Source: Oikopleura dioica | Lineage: Eukaryota; Animalia; Chordata | Reading direction: 5' to 3' | Assembly: GCA_907165135.1 (NCBI GenBank) | Contig: OU015566.1 | Coordinates: 5,766,001 to 5,830,000 of the forward strand | DNA: 64,000 nt | Part shown: one piece after another, positions 48,361 through 60,700 of the stretch | Layout of the letters: each line of letters opens with the position of its first letter | Position numbering within the stretch: position 1 is the first letter of the stretch | Program-made: the position numbers and the translations under genes | Notes under the pieces: generated by a model | The model's input: the letters and a program-made list of their open reading frames with translations, nothing else | What the model was told of the DNA's origin: nothing | Database searches by the model: none

Positions 48361-50492
48361 GTCCCGGGAATCGCTCACTAAAAATAAAATTATTGGAAAA
48401 ATGAACTTTACATCCGTCAAGGCGAGCTAATTGTGAGACAGAAAGCGTTTTTAGAATCTTTTACAATTTGGGAAGTTTTTCCCTATTTTAACCAGGTTGA
48501 TTTAGGAACTTTATTTTGTCTTTTTTGTGTTTACTTGTTCCGTTCTATCAACCCTGGTTGTTTTGTTAATTAACGCTTTTTATTCTCACTAGCCCGATAT
48601 TTAGTTCTTTTTTTCTCCCAGTAAGCTACTTTTCTCGTAACTTACCAGTTGGGCTCGCAGCCTTCCAGTTTCGCGATCTTCAAAAATTGAAACACAACAA
48701 CTTCAATTTGAAGACGCGGAAGTGGGAGTCCAAACTGATTTGTTTAAAAATTCAGTAGCGCTCCGTGGGGCCCCCTCTGTCGCCCGAAAACGAGCTCTAT
48801 TGACAATTGTTCGCGGGCCTGTGGCGAGGAGCAAACGAATACGTGGATGATTCGGGCGAAAAATCGATCCCTATTGGCCTTTTCAGTGGGTGGGGGTGAT
48901 AAGGTCAAGTTGATCTGGTGCGGTAGGGCCTGTACTAAGCTCTACCGCGACCACACTTACTGCTGATCACACGGTATGTAATGCTCGACAGTTTCATTTG
49001 ATCTGTGTGGTAATAAAGAATGCTTTGTAGCTGTGATTATTGAGCTTTGAATCGATCAGCTTAAAACATTTCCTTTTTAAACCGCTTTACGTTATCGTAA
49101 ATTGGCGCCGGGCTGGCGCCATAAAATCCGGGATTCCCTCTAATGCTCGTTCTACGCACCGACACCATTTGAAATGTCAGCGCGTCAAGGCAATTTACGT
49201 GCTAATTGAGCTCTGCGAAGATTACCTTGAGAAGGATCACGAAACCAATTTCCAGCAAAAAGTTTCATTTTATAAAAAATGACAGCTCTATGTTTTCGCT
49301 TCGGACAAATGTAGAACTTTGATTCTGGTTCAAATAGAGAATGGAAAAAATAAGGGTGGCTCTCCTTTATATACGGAAGGAAGCTAATTAAAATGGCAGG
49401 GAAATGAGCTTTGGGAGCTCCCTGATGCAATCGACCCGGAGCTCGGTCGATCAACGGATCACTGTATGTTCTTACTGTATTCTTGAAAAAAAGAACAAAG
49501 TTTTTTTCGGGCTTTGAGGTTTTAAAACGCTTTCTCTTGATTATTTACCTGTTCCTGAAGAGATTCTCGATCGTAACTACCGTATGCAAAAAGCGAAACT
49601 TGAAAAGGTTCTCTTATACTTTGTTAAAAGTGCTGATGAAAATCCCCCACGTCGTCGTTTTTATAGGGCGGGGACGAACGCTCACCACAAGAGGTCCGCC
49701 AACGAAGTGAGTTGTAGTTTTCCGAAAGTCACGTTGATGCGGATGCGCTCGTCAGGTGCGGTAGCTTAACATCCGCTGCTGATACGCACAACGCTCCTGA
49801 TTAGCGTTTTCTCAAGTCCCCTGATCGCTAACTTTTTAGTCTTGGAATCAAACAAAAACTTATTTATTTCCTGCTTTTCTGCGTTAGATTTGTCTTTGAA
49901 AGAAAGAATGAGTTTTATTGAAGAAAATATTTGTTTTATACTGCAAATGCATTAGCCTAAAAGGGCTTTTCTTGAATAATAGATGATAAAATCCGCGGTA
50001 ATGCGCTTAAAAGCCATTAGCAATATGCCAGATCTGCTTCGCAGGATTCAAGATATGGTTTCAGTTATTACTGTATCATCTAAAAGAGACTGTAACTGGG
50101 AATCGATAACTGACGGAAATAGAGTGCTTGACCCCTATCGCAAACTAACTTAGCTTACTGGGAGAAAAAAAGAATGCTTGCACTAGTTGGCTTTGTTGTA
50201 CTAGCCAGAACTCAGGCCGGCGTTCGCTGATACGCACTAGCCTCACTATTTCCTGATGCGAAAGCGCACTAGATTTTTAAATGTCACGTAATGGCTCCAA
50301 ATCGTTTTCTCTCTCCGGAAGCATTAATCGAACCCGCCATCAAATATTGAAAAATTGAAAGAATTGTATTGTCAGGAATTCAGCACACAATTTGCTTTCA
50401 AAAGAAGGAGGTAAGAAGGAAAATGTACAGTTATAAACTTGGTTTTGGCTTTGCTTTTTCTTTTTGTTTCGTGAAGTAGGCTTCTCCGACCG

Positions 50493-51407
50493 TTACATCT
50501 CGGTCATGATTTGTAGAAATTGAAACTCGGGTTTTCTTCGTTTGTTGTAGCGTTTTACACTTACCCGCGGGTAGTTTATGTGACCAAAGGTCAGGTATTT
50601 GCTAAAATAAACCATGAGAATAAGTGGATAAATACGGTGATGGATAAAAGCAAGCCTACTCCATGAATGAAGTCATACTTAGTGTAGACATTTCTGTAAA
50701 GGTCTTTTTTAGTTTCAAGGTCGATTTCAAGCATCCACTCCGTTGTCCTGTCTGTTTCTTTTTTCAAGTCGATCCGGCGGGTTTTCTCGTTGATTCCAAG
50801 ATAGAGTCCGTGCTGCTCGCCCTGGATGGTGACCACCACATTTCCATCGCGAAAATCAATTGGAGTGACCTTGATGTTTGCTAGAAAAGAGGGTTAGAAA
50901 AGGGCGAAGAGGGAAGAGATGATGGGATACTGTTCAGGGTAAATGGATCCAGGTCTACGTCGACTTTGCCAGGTTGAATTCTGAGAACGGCCATCATGTG
51001 ATTGTTGAGGATTTTTTGTCCGACGGGGCCATAGAGATTGCTAAAAGATATAAGATCAAGTATACTTCTGACAGTCTTTATTATCTTTTGAATAAGCAAA
51101 AAACTGGACGTATACATATTTTGTTCGGAGAAGGAGTGGTTTATATTACTGTGTTTATAATTATATGCGAAATGGTAAACCATTATAAAATTATATAAAT
51201 ATTAATAGGAGGAAATTCTCCATTGTTGATTTCAATGATTTATGAGCTTCAATTATTTTCATGAAGATAAATTATAAAAAATTATAAATTTAAAGCTGGT
51301 TATGGTTCTCAAATGAAAACTTACCTGTAATTGAGAGTGATGAAACTGTCTATCTCCGGAAGATTCTTTCGCCTTGAAATCCTGTTGTTTTCGTCCCTCG
51401 TCAAAAG
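50493..51407 (-). CDS. Divergent fibroblast growth factor family protein (start unresolved)
   Basis: Spliced core NLYGPVG..LRIQPGKVDVDLDP..NIKVTPIDFRDGNVVVTIQGEQHGLYLGINEK..YRNVYTNKYLTFG..EFQFL matches the FGF beta-trefoil pattern (V.I.G...GLYL.MN.KG; YN.Y.S..Y.A). Confidence 0.65.
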
Positions 51408-52043
51408 CTGAAAATCTCATTATCCTCTGTACCGCTTTCACTTACCACTGCTGAAGAACAGCTTTTTCTTTAATTTTGACAAGTACAGTGGGCATGGCTG
51501 AAAATTGCTCAAAAGTCATCAAAAGAAGAAAAAGTCGCAAAAAGGGCATGTTTTTTAATAAAAAGAACGTGAAATTGAAAAGGAAAATCTCAAGTTGTTA
51601 ATTTTGAAGCTCGGAAGAGCGCCGGAGCCAGCTTTATAGGCAGCTTCTGGTGCTGGAGGCGGCGGAGATTTCTGAGCGCGACAAGTGGTGCTCCGTTTTC
51701 GCACTTTGGTCAGAAGTGGAACGCTCAAGCAAGTGCAAGCTTTAAGGAGAAATAAGACGATATGTTCTCCCGAAAAGGCTCAGCAAGTCGAAACGTGAAT
51801 AATTGCATTTTTATATTTCAATAAATAGCTGATTAACCTTTGCCCGCCAAGGTACACCACAACTCGGGATTCCCGAGTCGGGAATCGGTCAAGTAGTTGT
51901 TCACTGCGCTGGACATTGAATTTTTTTGAAAATTAAGGATACGCTGAGGAGGCTTGATCGATTATCAGGCGTTTTAGAGATTTTAGGCCTGTTTCTGATA
52001 GACCTTAGCGTCGGTAGACCCTTATTTTTGCGAAAAGTCCATG

Positions 52044-52318
52044 CACCATATATGGTGTCGAGCTTCAATTGTTGATGCACCATATATGGTGTTTTTGGCG
52101 GGTACCCCAGGTTTTTCCCAGCGATTTTGCCGAAAGTTTACCTTGATCAGCTTCACTGATCCTCAATTTATGAACTTCTTTGAGAGAGTTTTCGATTGAA
52201 GGAACTCTAGTATCATCATCGGAACACCATTATTGAACAAGAAAATTATTTTCTAGCAAAGATTTTTAAAAACCAAATATGGTGCAGAGCTATAATAGAG
52301 GAAGCACCATATATGGTG
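52044..52318. promoter_or_regulatory. Cluster of four CArG boxes
   Basis: CCATATATGG within the palindrome caccatatatggtg at 52044-52057, 52078-52091 and 52305-52318, plus CCAAATATGG at 52273-52282. Confidence 0.5.
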
Positions 52319-52552
52319 TTCTTGGCAGGTACCCCAGAAAATCCACTTTTGGAGAGCTAAGGTTAAAAATCGATTTGGAAAATAGGTCAAGAAAAATATC
52401 TACAGAAAAAAGGAGTAGCCGAAAGTGATGACATGTTGGAAAAAAATCCAAAGCTGTAGTTTTATCATTTTGATAAGGAGGACCTTTTCACGGCTGAGAG
52501 AATTTTAGGTTAACTTACTCAGTAGGGATTGTCTTATTTATTCACAAGAAAA

Positions 52553-53680
52553 ATGAGAGTCGAAGGGAGCAAGAATAATGAAGCTAGTACAGTGGGAAAT
52601 GAGCAAGGTCAAGAAGAAACTGGAGGAATGGATGGGAGATGCTCACTGAAAAAATGGATGTTTGGAATTTCAATTGCTATCTTTACAATCGTCATGATCT
52701 TGATTGGGCTGAATTTTTTCATTCCGCAGTGCTACAGCTACCAGAGAAAATGCAAAACAGAGGACGGAATTGTCTGGTTCGCAGGTCAGAATGACCAAAA
52801 ACGCCTTTTACAATTATTTTCTGTAGGCGCTTGGAAAAAGACTCGCGACGAGAGCCGAAAATACTGCGAAAAAGCAGGATTTCAGCTTGCAAATATTTCG
52901 ATTGCTGAAAAACTTTTCGAAGAAAGGAGTACTTTCTTTCCTTCAAGAAGAATTTTAGACGGCTCAAGAAATTTTTGGATATCAGGCAAGCGACATCGTA
53001 ATTTTTCTTCCAAATTCAAAGATATTGTTTATTAATTATTGTTCTTAGATGATGAATACAGCAGAAATTTCACGAAAATAAAATCTGGATATATCAGTAC
53101 GAGTCCAAGCATGGCGTACGACAGTAAAAATTACTGTATTACTTTCATCAGAGAAGATCAGGGACAGGGTTCTGAAGAATTGGACTTAACCAATTTATTG
53201 AAGTGCATTTTGGATTACAAATAAGATTGCTGTATTTGGCCTACCGGCCAATCAAAACCCAGATCCACACAATCACTTCCATAAATTGGTTTATAATTGG
53301 TTCATTAACCCACCAAATGATTGCCTATTACGAGTGTAAGCCCAGCGAAAAATATCAGTATCAAATGATGCTGACAATGGGAAACGCTTGTCCAGACGAA
53401 TATCCGGCTTTTGCGGCAACGATGAATTCAATAGCGGAGCAAGTTGTCAATCCAGAAGTTTGGAAAGTCTTGAATGTCCCGGAAATCCGATATAAATCCC
53501 TCCGAAACGTAATCATAAACATATAACTATGGTTTTTTATTTTTTCAGCATCGGATCTTGGATGCCGCCTTCTGTCCTAAAGATGATTGCTGCGTGATGT
53601 CGTCAACTAAAGAAATCAAACAATTCGAGAAAAATGAAAAATTTTTCCCTCTGTGTTTCTCCGAAACCGCCAAGTCTTAG
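52553..53680 (+). CDS. Type II membrane C-type-lectin-like protein, tandem copy 1
   Basis: Short N-tail, TM FGISIAIFTIVMILIGLNFFI, CTL-like KTRDESRKYCEKAGFQLANI..NFWISG, and a second degenerate domain ending FFPLCFSE. Confidence 0.7.
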
Positions 53681-53945
53681 CGTTATTGAAATATAATAGC
53701 AAGTAAAAAGTTAGTTATTTTATGTTTTTTGGCAAAGAAATAGAGAGACCGTATCACTGATAAGCTATCAGGGTGCCTTTAAAATTTGCGTCGACGATAT
53801 TCATATAATCAAATGAATCATAAGATGAAGTTATCGCTGAATTCACTTTGAAGTTCTTTTTTATCAATTTGATAAGAGCGTTTTCATGGCTGAACGATTA
53901 TTGCTTGAATGAATTTTCTATCGACCAAGCATTTTGTTGAAAAAT

Positions 53946-55229
53946 ATGAAATTAGAATCGACAAAAAGAACCGCGGTTGATCCTGCGGTTCTCCATGTAG
54001 AAGCAGAACAACAGAAGAAAAAGAGAAAATGGCTCATTGGAATTCCCATTTCGCTGGTTATCGTTGTGCTCATTTTGGTCGGCTTGAATTTTCTCTTTCC
54101 TCTTTGCTTCTGCCAACAACGAAAGTGCAAGACATATGATGGAATGGTCTGGTTCGCTGGTAAGAAAAGAAGTTTATTATCATCTTTCAACCTTTGCTTT
54201 CAAGACAGCGGGCTGAAAACTCGTGAAGAAAGTCGAAAATTTTGCGAAAATTTGGGCTTTCAACTGGCAAATGTTTCCATCGCCGAAAGCCTTCTCGGTG
54301 GGTGGGGACATCTTTTTGATTCTCGTCGAAATTATTGGATTTACGGTAGGTCTTTAAATGTTTTTACCTTCAATTTTTACCTTTCAGATCGCGATTACAA
54401 GCGAAATATTACAAGTGGTTTCAATAAAATGAGCTCAAGCATGGCATACGACAGTCATCACGGATGCATTACTTTTCTCAGAGCAGACCAGGCACTGGTT
54501 TCATAGTCAAAAATGAAAAGAATTCTCAATTTTAATTTATTAACGACCCCCGGAAATTGATTCTTGAAGAATCATTCTTCGGTTCAAAAAACGATTTTGA
54601 GGCTTCATTTTTTGGGGATCTATCTCGATTCCTTCACCCTCAAAATCGCATTTGAAAATTGGACTTTTCGCCGAAAATTGACGAATTTGGCCTTATTTTG
54701 GCAAAAACAATGATTTTTCTTGGTCAAAAATTCCTCTTATCAAGTTTTGAAGCAAGTTTAACCTGAGGACGCATTAAGAACCAAAAATATGGTGTTTTTA
54801 AAAGTTTCAATTTTTCGGAGGGAAAAGCTGACGGGGGGGGGGGGGGTCTCTAACCACGTAAAAAAGGCTGCACATTACGACTGCAAAAAGAGCGATAAAT
54901 TCGACTATCACATGATGCTGACAATGGATCAAGCATGTCCAGACGATCTCCCATCAATGATGTCAACAATGCAATCATTAGCGACGCAAGTTTCCAACGA
55001 AAAAGTTTTGAACGCTTTGAACGTCCTTGAAATCCGATTCAAATCTCTTCGAAATGTAACAAGATGAAAAGTATGATCTCCTTATTATTTTCAGACTCTG
55101 GTCTTGGATCCTATTTTCTGCCTCAGAGATGAATGTTGTGCTATTTCGAGCAACGAGGAAATTGAGGTAAAACAATTTGATCCGAGTGAAAAGTTCTTTC
55201 CGCTGTGCTACTCTTACACTGCTCAATAA
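53946..55229 (+). CDS. Type II membrane C-type-lectin-like protein, tandem copy 2
   Basis: Collinear paralog: TM IGIPISLVIVVLILVGLNFLF, KTREESRKFCENLGFQLANV..NYWIYG, MMLTMDQACP..IRFKSLRNV, ending FFPLCYS. Confidence 0.7.
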
Positions 55230-55638
55230 AAACAACGTGAAGCACAGAATGAATTTTTTTGACTGTTTTTTGATTAATTGAGAACGTTACATGTCAAGCT
55301 GCAGGTTTTTTCTTTTACCCAAAAAGTCTTCCAAAGATGCTACGCTTCTTGACAGGATTTTCGCTTATCAAAGTTCTGTGACAAATTATCTACTGGTAGC
55401 TTTTTTCTTGATAAATTATCAATAAAATAAAATGATTCTTGATTTTCGAGAACTATCGATGAGCTTCAACAGCAGCCGCGGTCTCTCGTAAAATTTGAAC
55501 CGCGTCCTCCTCGTTGATTTCATCGATATTTTGAGCGATTGTTAGATTGACAAAGTCCTTCTTCGTCAATTGGTCATTCTGATAGAATTGCAATGGTTAA
55601 TGCATTTGAAGGCTGAATTACCAACAACACAGCTTGAG

Positions 55639-55756
55639 CTGAGCTCGGCAACCTGTGTTAAAACCTGACTCAGGGTCTAAAATCCCCCGTTGCGCCTTTT
55701 ACCGAAGAACTTCTAGTACCCTGACTCAGGCTTTTTCCACGGATTGTCGAGCCCAG
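55639..55756. mobile_element. MITE related to 32311-32434
   Basis: ctcggcaacctgtgttaaaacctgactcagggt is inverted with accctgactcaggctttttccacggattgtcgag. Confidence 0.7.
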
Positions 55757-55829
55757 AGCTTGAAAAAAGGGCGAACTGACTTGTAGGGTGAATGATTTGT
55801 CCTTGTCGCAAACTTGGCTTGTCTTTTTA

Positions 55830-56808
55830 GTCAAGAATAACTGTAAGAAACGCCCCTGAACTATGGCCACATTCCATCAAAATTGAAACTGCTGTATCAA
55901 TAACGCGCCGTTTGTCGCCGCAACGTCAGAACTTAAGTTTACTAGATTTACGTTTTACGTTTGCTTGGAAGTAAAAGACTCGGTCGTATCGAACACAATT
56001 TCAAACGCAAACGCTATAAAAAGTTATTATTTCGGCCCTGAGATTCTTCCAAAGGAGCAATGTCCGTTTGAGCATCTTCTCATTTCCATCGGAAGTGCTC
56101 AACCACAAAAGCCACAAGAGAAGTTTAAGTTGTTAGAAATGTGCGCGAGTAATGACGATTGTATGAACAATGGAAAGTGCGTGTTTTTCAGCGATAGATG
56201 GATGTGCAGATGCACTTTTGACTTTTCCGGGGATTTCTGCCAGGTAATTGAAAAAAAATTTTGAACAACGAAATGTTACATTTGAGCTTTCTAGGATGAA
56301 TTCTGTTATCATGTGGCGCCCCGGGGGATATTTTGCCCAGGGCCAATTGCCCCCTGGGTTAGGCTCCGTAGAGAGGGGTTATCATTCGAGCCTATGATTC
56401 GAGCCATCCAATATCTCTAGAATCTTGCCTAGTGGTTAGGGTTAGGGACAGGGGGTCCGGGGCGGAGCCCCCTGATTAGGCCTTAGGTGGGTGGGTTCCG
56501 GGGTTAGGGTTAGGGTTAGCGCGAATGATTTCCCTTTACAACAGTTCAACTTCAATCAGAATGGGACACTTATCATTGCATTTTAGTTAAATGCTTACGA
56601 CCCTGGCTTCACAAAAAATGAAGAAATTCCCACCGCTGCCCAGCAGGATAAAATAAACGCTTATATTTTCTACCTTCTTGCTGGCCTTATCGCGATCATA
56701 ATCCTGCTCCTCTACAAAATAACCTCGCTAAGCCGAACTGTAACAACCCGAAACTTCACGATCCGACAACTGAGCTACCGTGGCCCTTCCTCAACCTCTA
56801 CTGTATGA
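55830..56808 (+). CDS. Single-EGF-domain transmembrane protein (5' end unresolved)
   Basis: EGF CASNDDCMNNGKCVFFSDRWMCRCTFDFSGDFC. The last exon has TM AYIFYLLAGLIAIIILLLY and a short tail (stop 56806-56808). Confidence 0.6.
56432..56520. repeat. Intronic TTAGGG-containing element
   Basis: ggttagggttaggg..gggggtccgggggcggagccccc..ggttagggttagggttag. Confidence 0.65.
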
Positions 56809-57164
56809 CCTAGTGACTTATTTATTCCGACACGACTTTTTTAATAAAACAAGGTGAAAAAAATCTTTCTTGATTTCCTGAAATGGCGGATATTCGTGGT
56901 CGTGGCTTGAAAAACTTCAAAATTCAGCCTTTCTGCTGAAACAAGTCTGCTACTCTCGACATTTTTCTTGACAAGGGAAAGTAAATCGTCTGGATTTCTG
57001 CTTGATATTTTTGAAATATCGACGCGCTTGGTGAATGTTTGAGTAGTCGCTAAAAGCCGCTTCATTTTTTTCTCTGGATTGATTCTTTTTTTATTTCCGC
57101 TTTATATTTTCTCTTTTTGAAAAAGTGCCAATTTGAGCTCATGAAATCAAGGAAGAGTACATGT

Positions 57165-57760
57165 TTTATTTTCACATCAAGCAGCATTTGCTCTTTTTCT
57201 CGGTAGCAGTGCTTCTTACTCCCTCTTTGAAATTGGTCAAGCTTCGTTTTTTCTTACGAATGCTATGAAAAATAGGCAAGGTATTTTTATTTATAGCGTT
57301 TTACCTTGTGTTTCCAAAGAAAAGAAGCTCGGAATCATCAACTTTAACTTTGTCTTTCTTGTTTAAAATTCCATCAGCTTCATGGCCGTTTTTAGCGGAG
57401 TCTTTCTTTTCTTCATGCCCAAGTGAAGGTTTTTGAGGTTTTATCTGAAAAGATAAGAAAACGTTAGAATATTTGGCCCACGATAGAAGTTCCTTTGTTG
57501 ACCGATTCGTCTTGTGTCATTCCATCGGGGAAGGCAACTGACTGGTTGAATTCAGTATTGTCTTGCCAGTTTTTCTCTAAGTCCATTTTTGCGAATAGCG
57601 CGATCTGACTTTTGTAGACCGGAAGCAAGGATTGATTCGTTTTTTCATTGATAAAATAGAGGCTACTCAAACCTGTGGACAATATTCAACAACGCGAATG
57701 AATTGGCTATTACCAATGACAGTTTGACAGGAGACTGTCAGGAGTACTTTTGAGTGAAAA
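57165..57760 (-). CDS. Small protein ending in a polybasic region and CaaX motif (CCLM)
   Basis: Spliced exons ..MDLEKNWQDNTEF..|KPQKPSLGHEEKK..LLFFGNTR|LAYFHSIRKKKRSL..EKKSKCCLM*. No family recognised. Confidence 0.45.
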
Positions 57761-57784
57761 TTTCTTTCTGTTTATTCTCAGTAT

Positions 57785-60700
57785 TTAAGATTTACAGTTG
57801 TTCAATGGGCTCAAAATCACAGCTGGATATACAGTATGAGCATTTTGGTCTGCAAAAATATCAACTGAAATAATATTTTCTTCTGAATCTCGTTCATGGT
57901 AGCCATTGAAAAAAAGGGATTTTAAAAATAAGTAGTAAGTTTATCATTCAGGCGACTGAAGATAACTTTTTGCTGATAAAAATTAAGGAACCGTTAATAA
58001 TGGACCGTTTCCTATCTCAACACGTTGAATAAAGGTAAAATCATAATGCATATAGCCAGGAAAAATAAAGATTGTGTCGTCGACAAATAACGCGGACAAA
58101 GAATGAACAGCCTTTAAATGTATAAGAATAATCATTTGATAATAATACGTTGTCTAAAAACTTAGAAACTGAACCTCAGACAAAAGTCCAACCAAGGACC
58201 ACTTATTATTCCTCAGCATCCATATGTCTTTTAAATATATGCTGCGATCCTGATCGTCAAATCCTCCGATAGTTAGCATTGATCCTGATGGAAGTCCTAT
58301 TGCACCGGCTTCTACAATTCTTCTGAAGGGCAAAAAAAATAAAAAAAAGGTCAATAAGGAGCCTACATTGGATATGATGACACTAACCGAAAGGGATAAG
58401 ATTATATGTTTCTTTGGATCGAAATCAGGCATTTTGATATCTATTGATTTTTAAAAAATATGAAAAGGAAAAAGACGGTTATTTTTTTAAATACGTCAAT
58501 GTCATCCCCTAAATGATTTTCATCCATTTTTTGTTAGTGTTTCTACTTGTCCTTTAGCGAACATTGCTCCAACTGCAGTTGGTCGTTTTTTATATAAACC
58601 CATTGTGCCTCTCCAGTGACTTTCAACAAGAGTTAAAAATAGTCTTTCACAAAAAGTAAATCATTTATTTTGAACTCTGCTGTAAACTGTTTGATGCATC
58701 TCTTTTGAAACATAACCATCAAATTCTTCGCAAAATGAGCCAGTCAGAAGAAGTGCTGAAAAGAATCAAAATATTTGAACCTTTCAATTGCAAATTATTT
58801 GTGTAGATTAGATAAAACCTTTATTGCCATTCTGGTGTCCTACTACTAAATGGCCATAACTATATGAACCCAATAAACGGACTCGTAGTTTTTTGAAAGT
58901 GCATCCATCCAATCGCAAAATCTATTTAAAACTATCATTTTTTCGTAAAATCTCCTTTACCCTGTCCGTAAAACTGTCAATATGAGATCCTAGTCCTCCA
59001 AAGATGTGAAGTTTGTCCAGAATAATAGCATGTTTGGAATCATAAATATACTGAGCAAAATTGTATCCCTTCTGCGTCGGATAGAAAATTGATAATTTAT
59101 TATAGACTGACCCATCGCCACGTAATGCAAATGGTTGATAACCCCTTTCACCATGAGGCAGAAAAATATTTATCTGAGTAGATTTCACAGGATAATATAT
59201 AAAATTTTTGATTTTTGGGCAAGCGTGAGTTTTGTAAATCCGTATTCTTCGTCTTTCGTCATTTTGAAACCCTTTTATTCCAAGCTTAACCTGCGACTCT
59301 TTTCTCTCGCTTTTCTGGGTAGAGTTAATGGAAAAAATCTTCATGAAAAATTTATACTCGTACGAGTCCTTAGTGATTTCGAAGAAAATTGACTCACTTG
59401 CATCACTTGAATAGAGGTTTACATCCAAGCTAACAAAGTCTGATGAAACAGAGCTGAAGATCATCCTTTCGTGGAAAAAACTTGAGTCAATCCAAAGGGA
59501 ATCGTTTTTAAAGAGCCCAAAGACAAGAAATTTTTCGCCATCAAGGAATAACAATTGAAGAAAAGTTTGATCTTCGACATTCCTTTTAACCTCCTTCAAG
59601 AAATATTATCGATGATATTTTCTCATTTTACCTGTAAATTCATCTGAAATGTTAGGGTTTCAGTTCCAGTGAATCTCATAGTGAGAGTTGAAATGTGTTC
59701 GATTTCTTCTAGTGAGCCAAAGAAATTATCCGGAATTATTGTTTTAGGAAAAGGACGGGAAATCGAACTCGCTGACCGACTAAATTGTCGCTGGTTGACG
59801 GCATTTTTAGCAAAAGATGGAAAAACATCATCGTGAAATGCGAAAAATGGGTTGCTTGTTACATACATTTTCTTTGCCTCTTTCTGTATAACGAAGTCTA
59901 ATTCGATTTGGTCTTTTTATTACGGATCGCTTACAATCTTCTTAGTCTGTTGTCAGATACGTTGCCCTTTTAGTCCTCTCGATTGTGCTCAGAATTTTCG
60001 AGCCTTGTTTTTGGGAAAATGTCGGAAAGCTAACAAAGCAAACTTTTTGATATTTCATTATTTGATCCTTTCCGAAATCATACTTTATTTCCAAAGTAGA
60101 ATCATAAACATAACTCTGGATGAAAAACGCTTCATCGTTAATAATACCATTCACAAAATACTCGCATTCATCGTTCTGATTACCAGTTTGGTCTGTGTAA
60201 TTGCGATCATCTGCAGTAAATAACTTAGAAAAGCAAATCGATTTTTCTTCATAGTGGCTTAAAGATCCAATCCACTCTCTACCAATAGTGAAGAATTTTC
60301 CGTCCGCCTCTAGGAGCAATGAGTATTGTGTGTTTGAAAGAATGACGCTTCTTGTCACTAGAATTAGAATGAGCCGACGAACATCAATCTAAGCGCGGAT
60401 TTAAAAAATTCAGGTTAAAATGAAGGGTCAATCAGTTGCATTATTAATCCTTTTCATTGGAATCACATGAACAGGGTCCAAATCTCTATATTCCGCTGGC
60501 AAAGCAATCTCATCTTTTCGCCACCCTAGTTCCATTTCTTCATTTCTGCGTATTCTATTCAAAGCGACAGTTTTCGAAAGCTTTATGTATCTTTCGCCAA
60601 GCCTTACACTCATCAGAATAAAAACCCCTTTGAAGGTGGTTGAAGAAAGCTTTGCGTTAAAATGATTGCTAGCAATAAAGCCCTGGGCTTCTTCGAAACG

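Noticed and set aside
48916-48953. Hairpin ending in ACCA with a CTGTA loop, resembling a tRNA-Tyr piece
   Set aside because: No D or T arms or A/B boxes; not a tRNA.
54834-54846. Intronic poly-G run
   Set aside because: An isolated homopolymer; G-quadruplex function cannot be supported.
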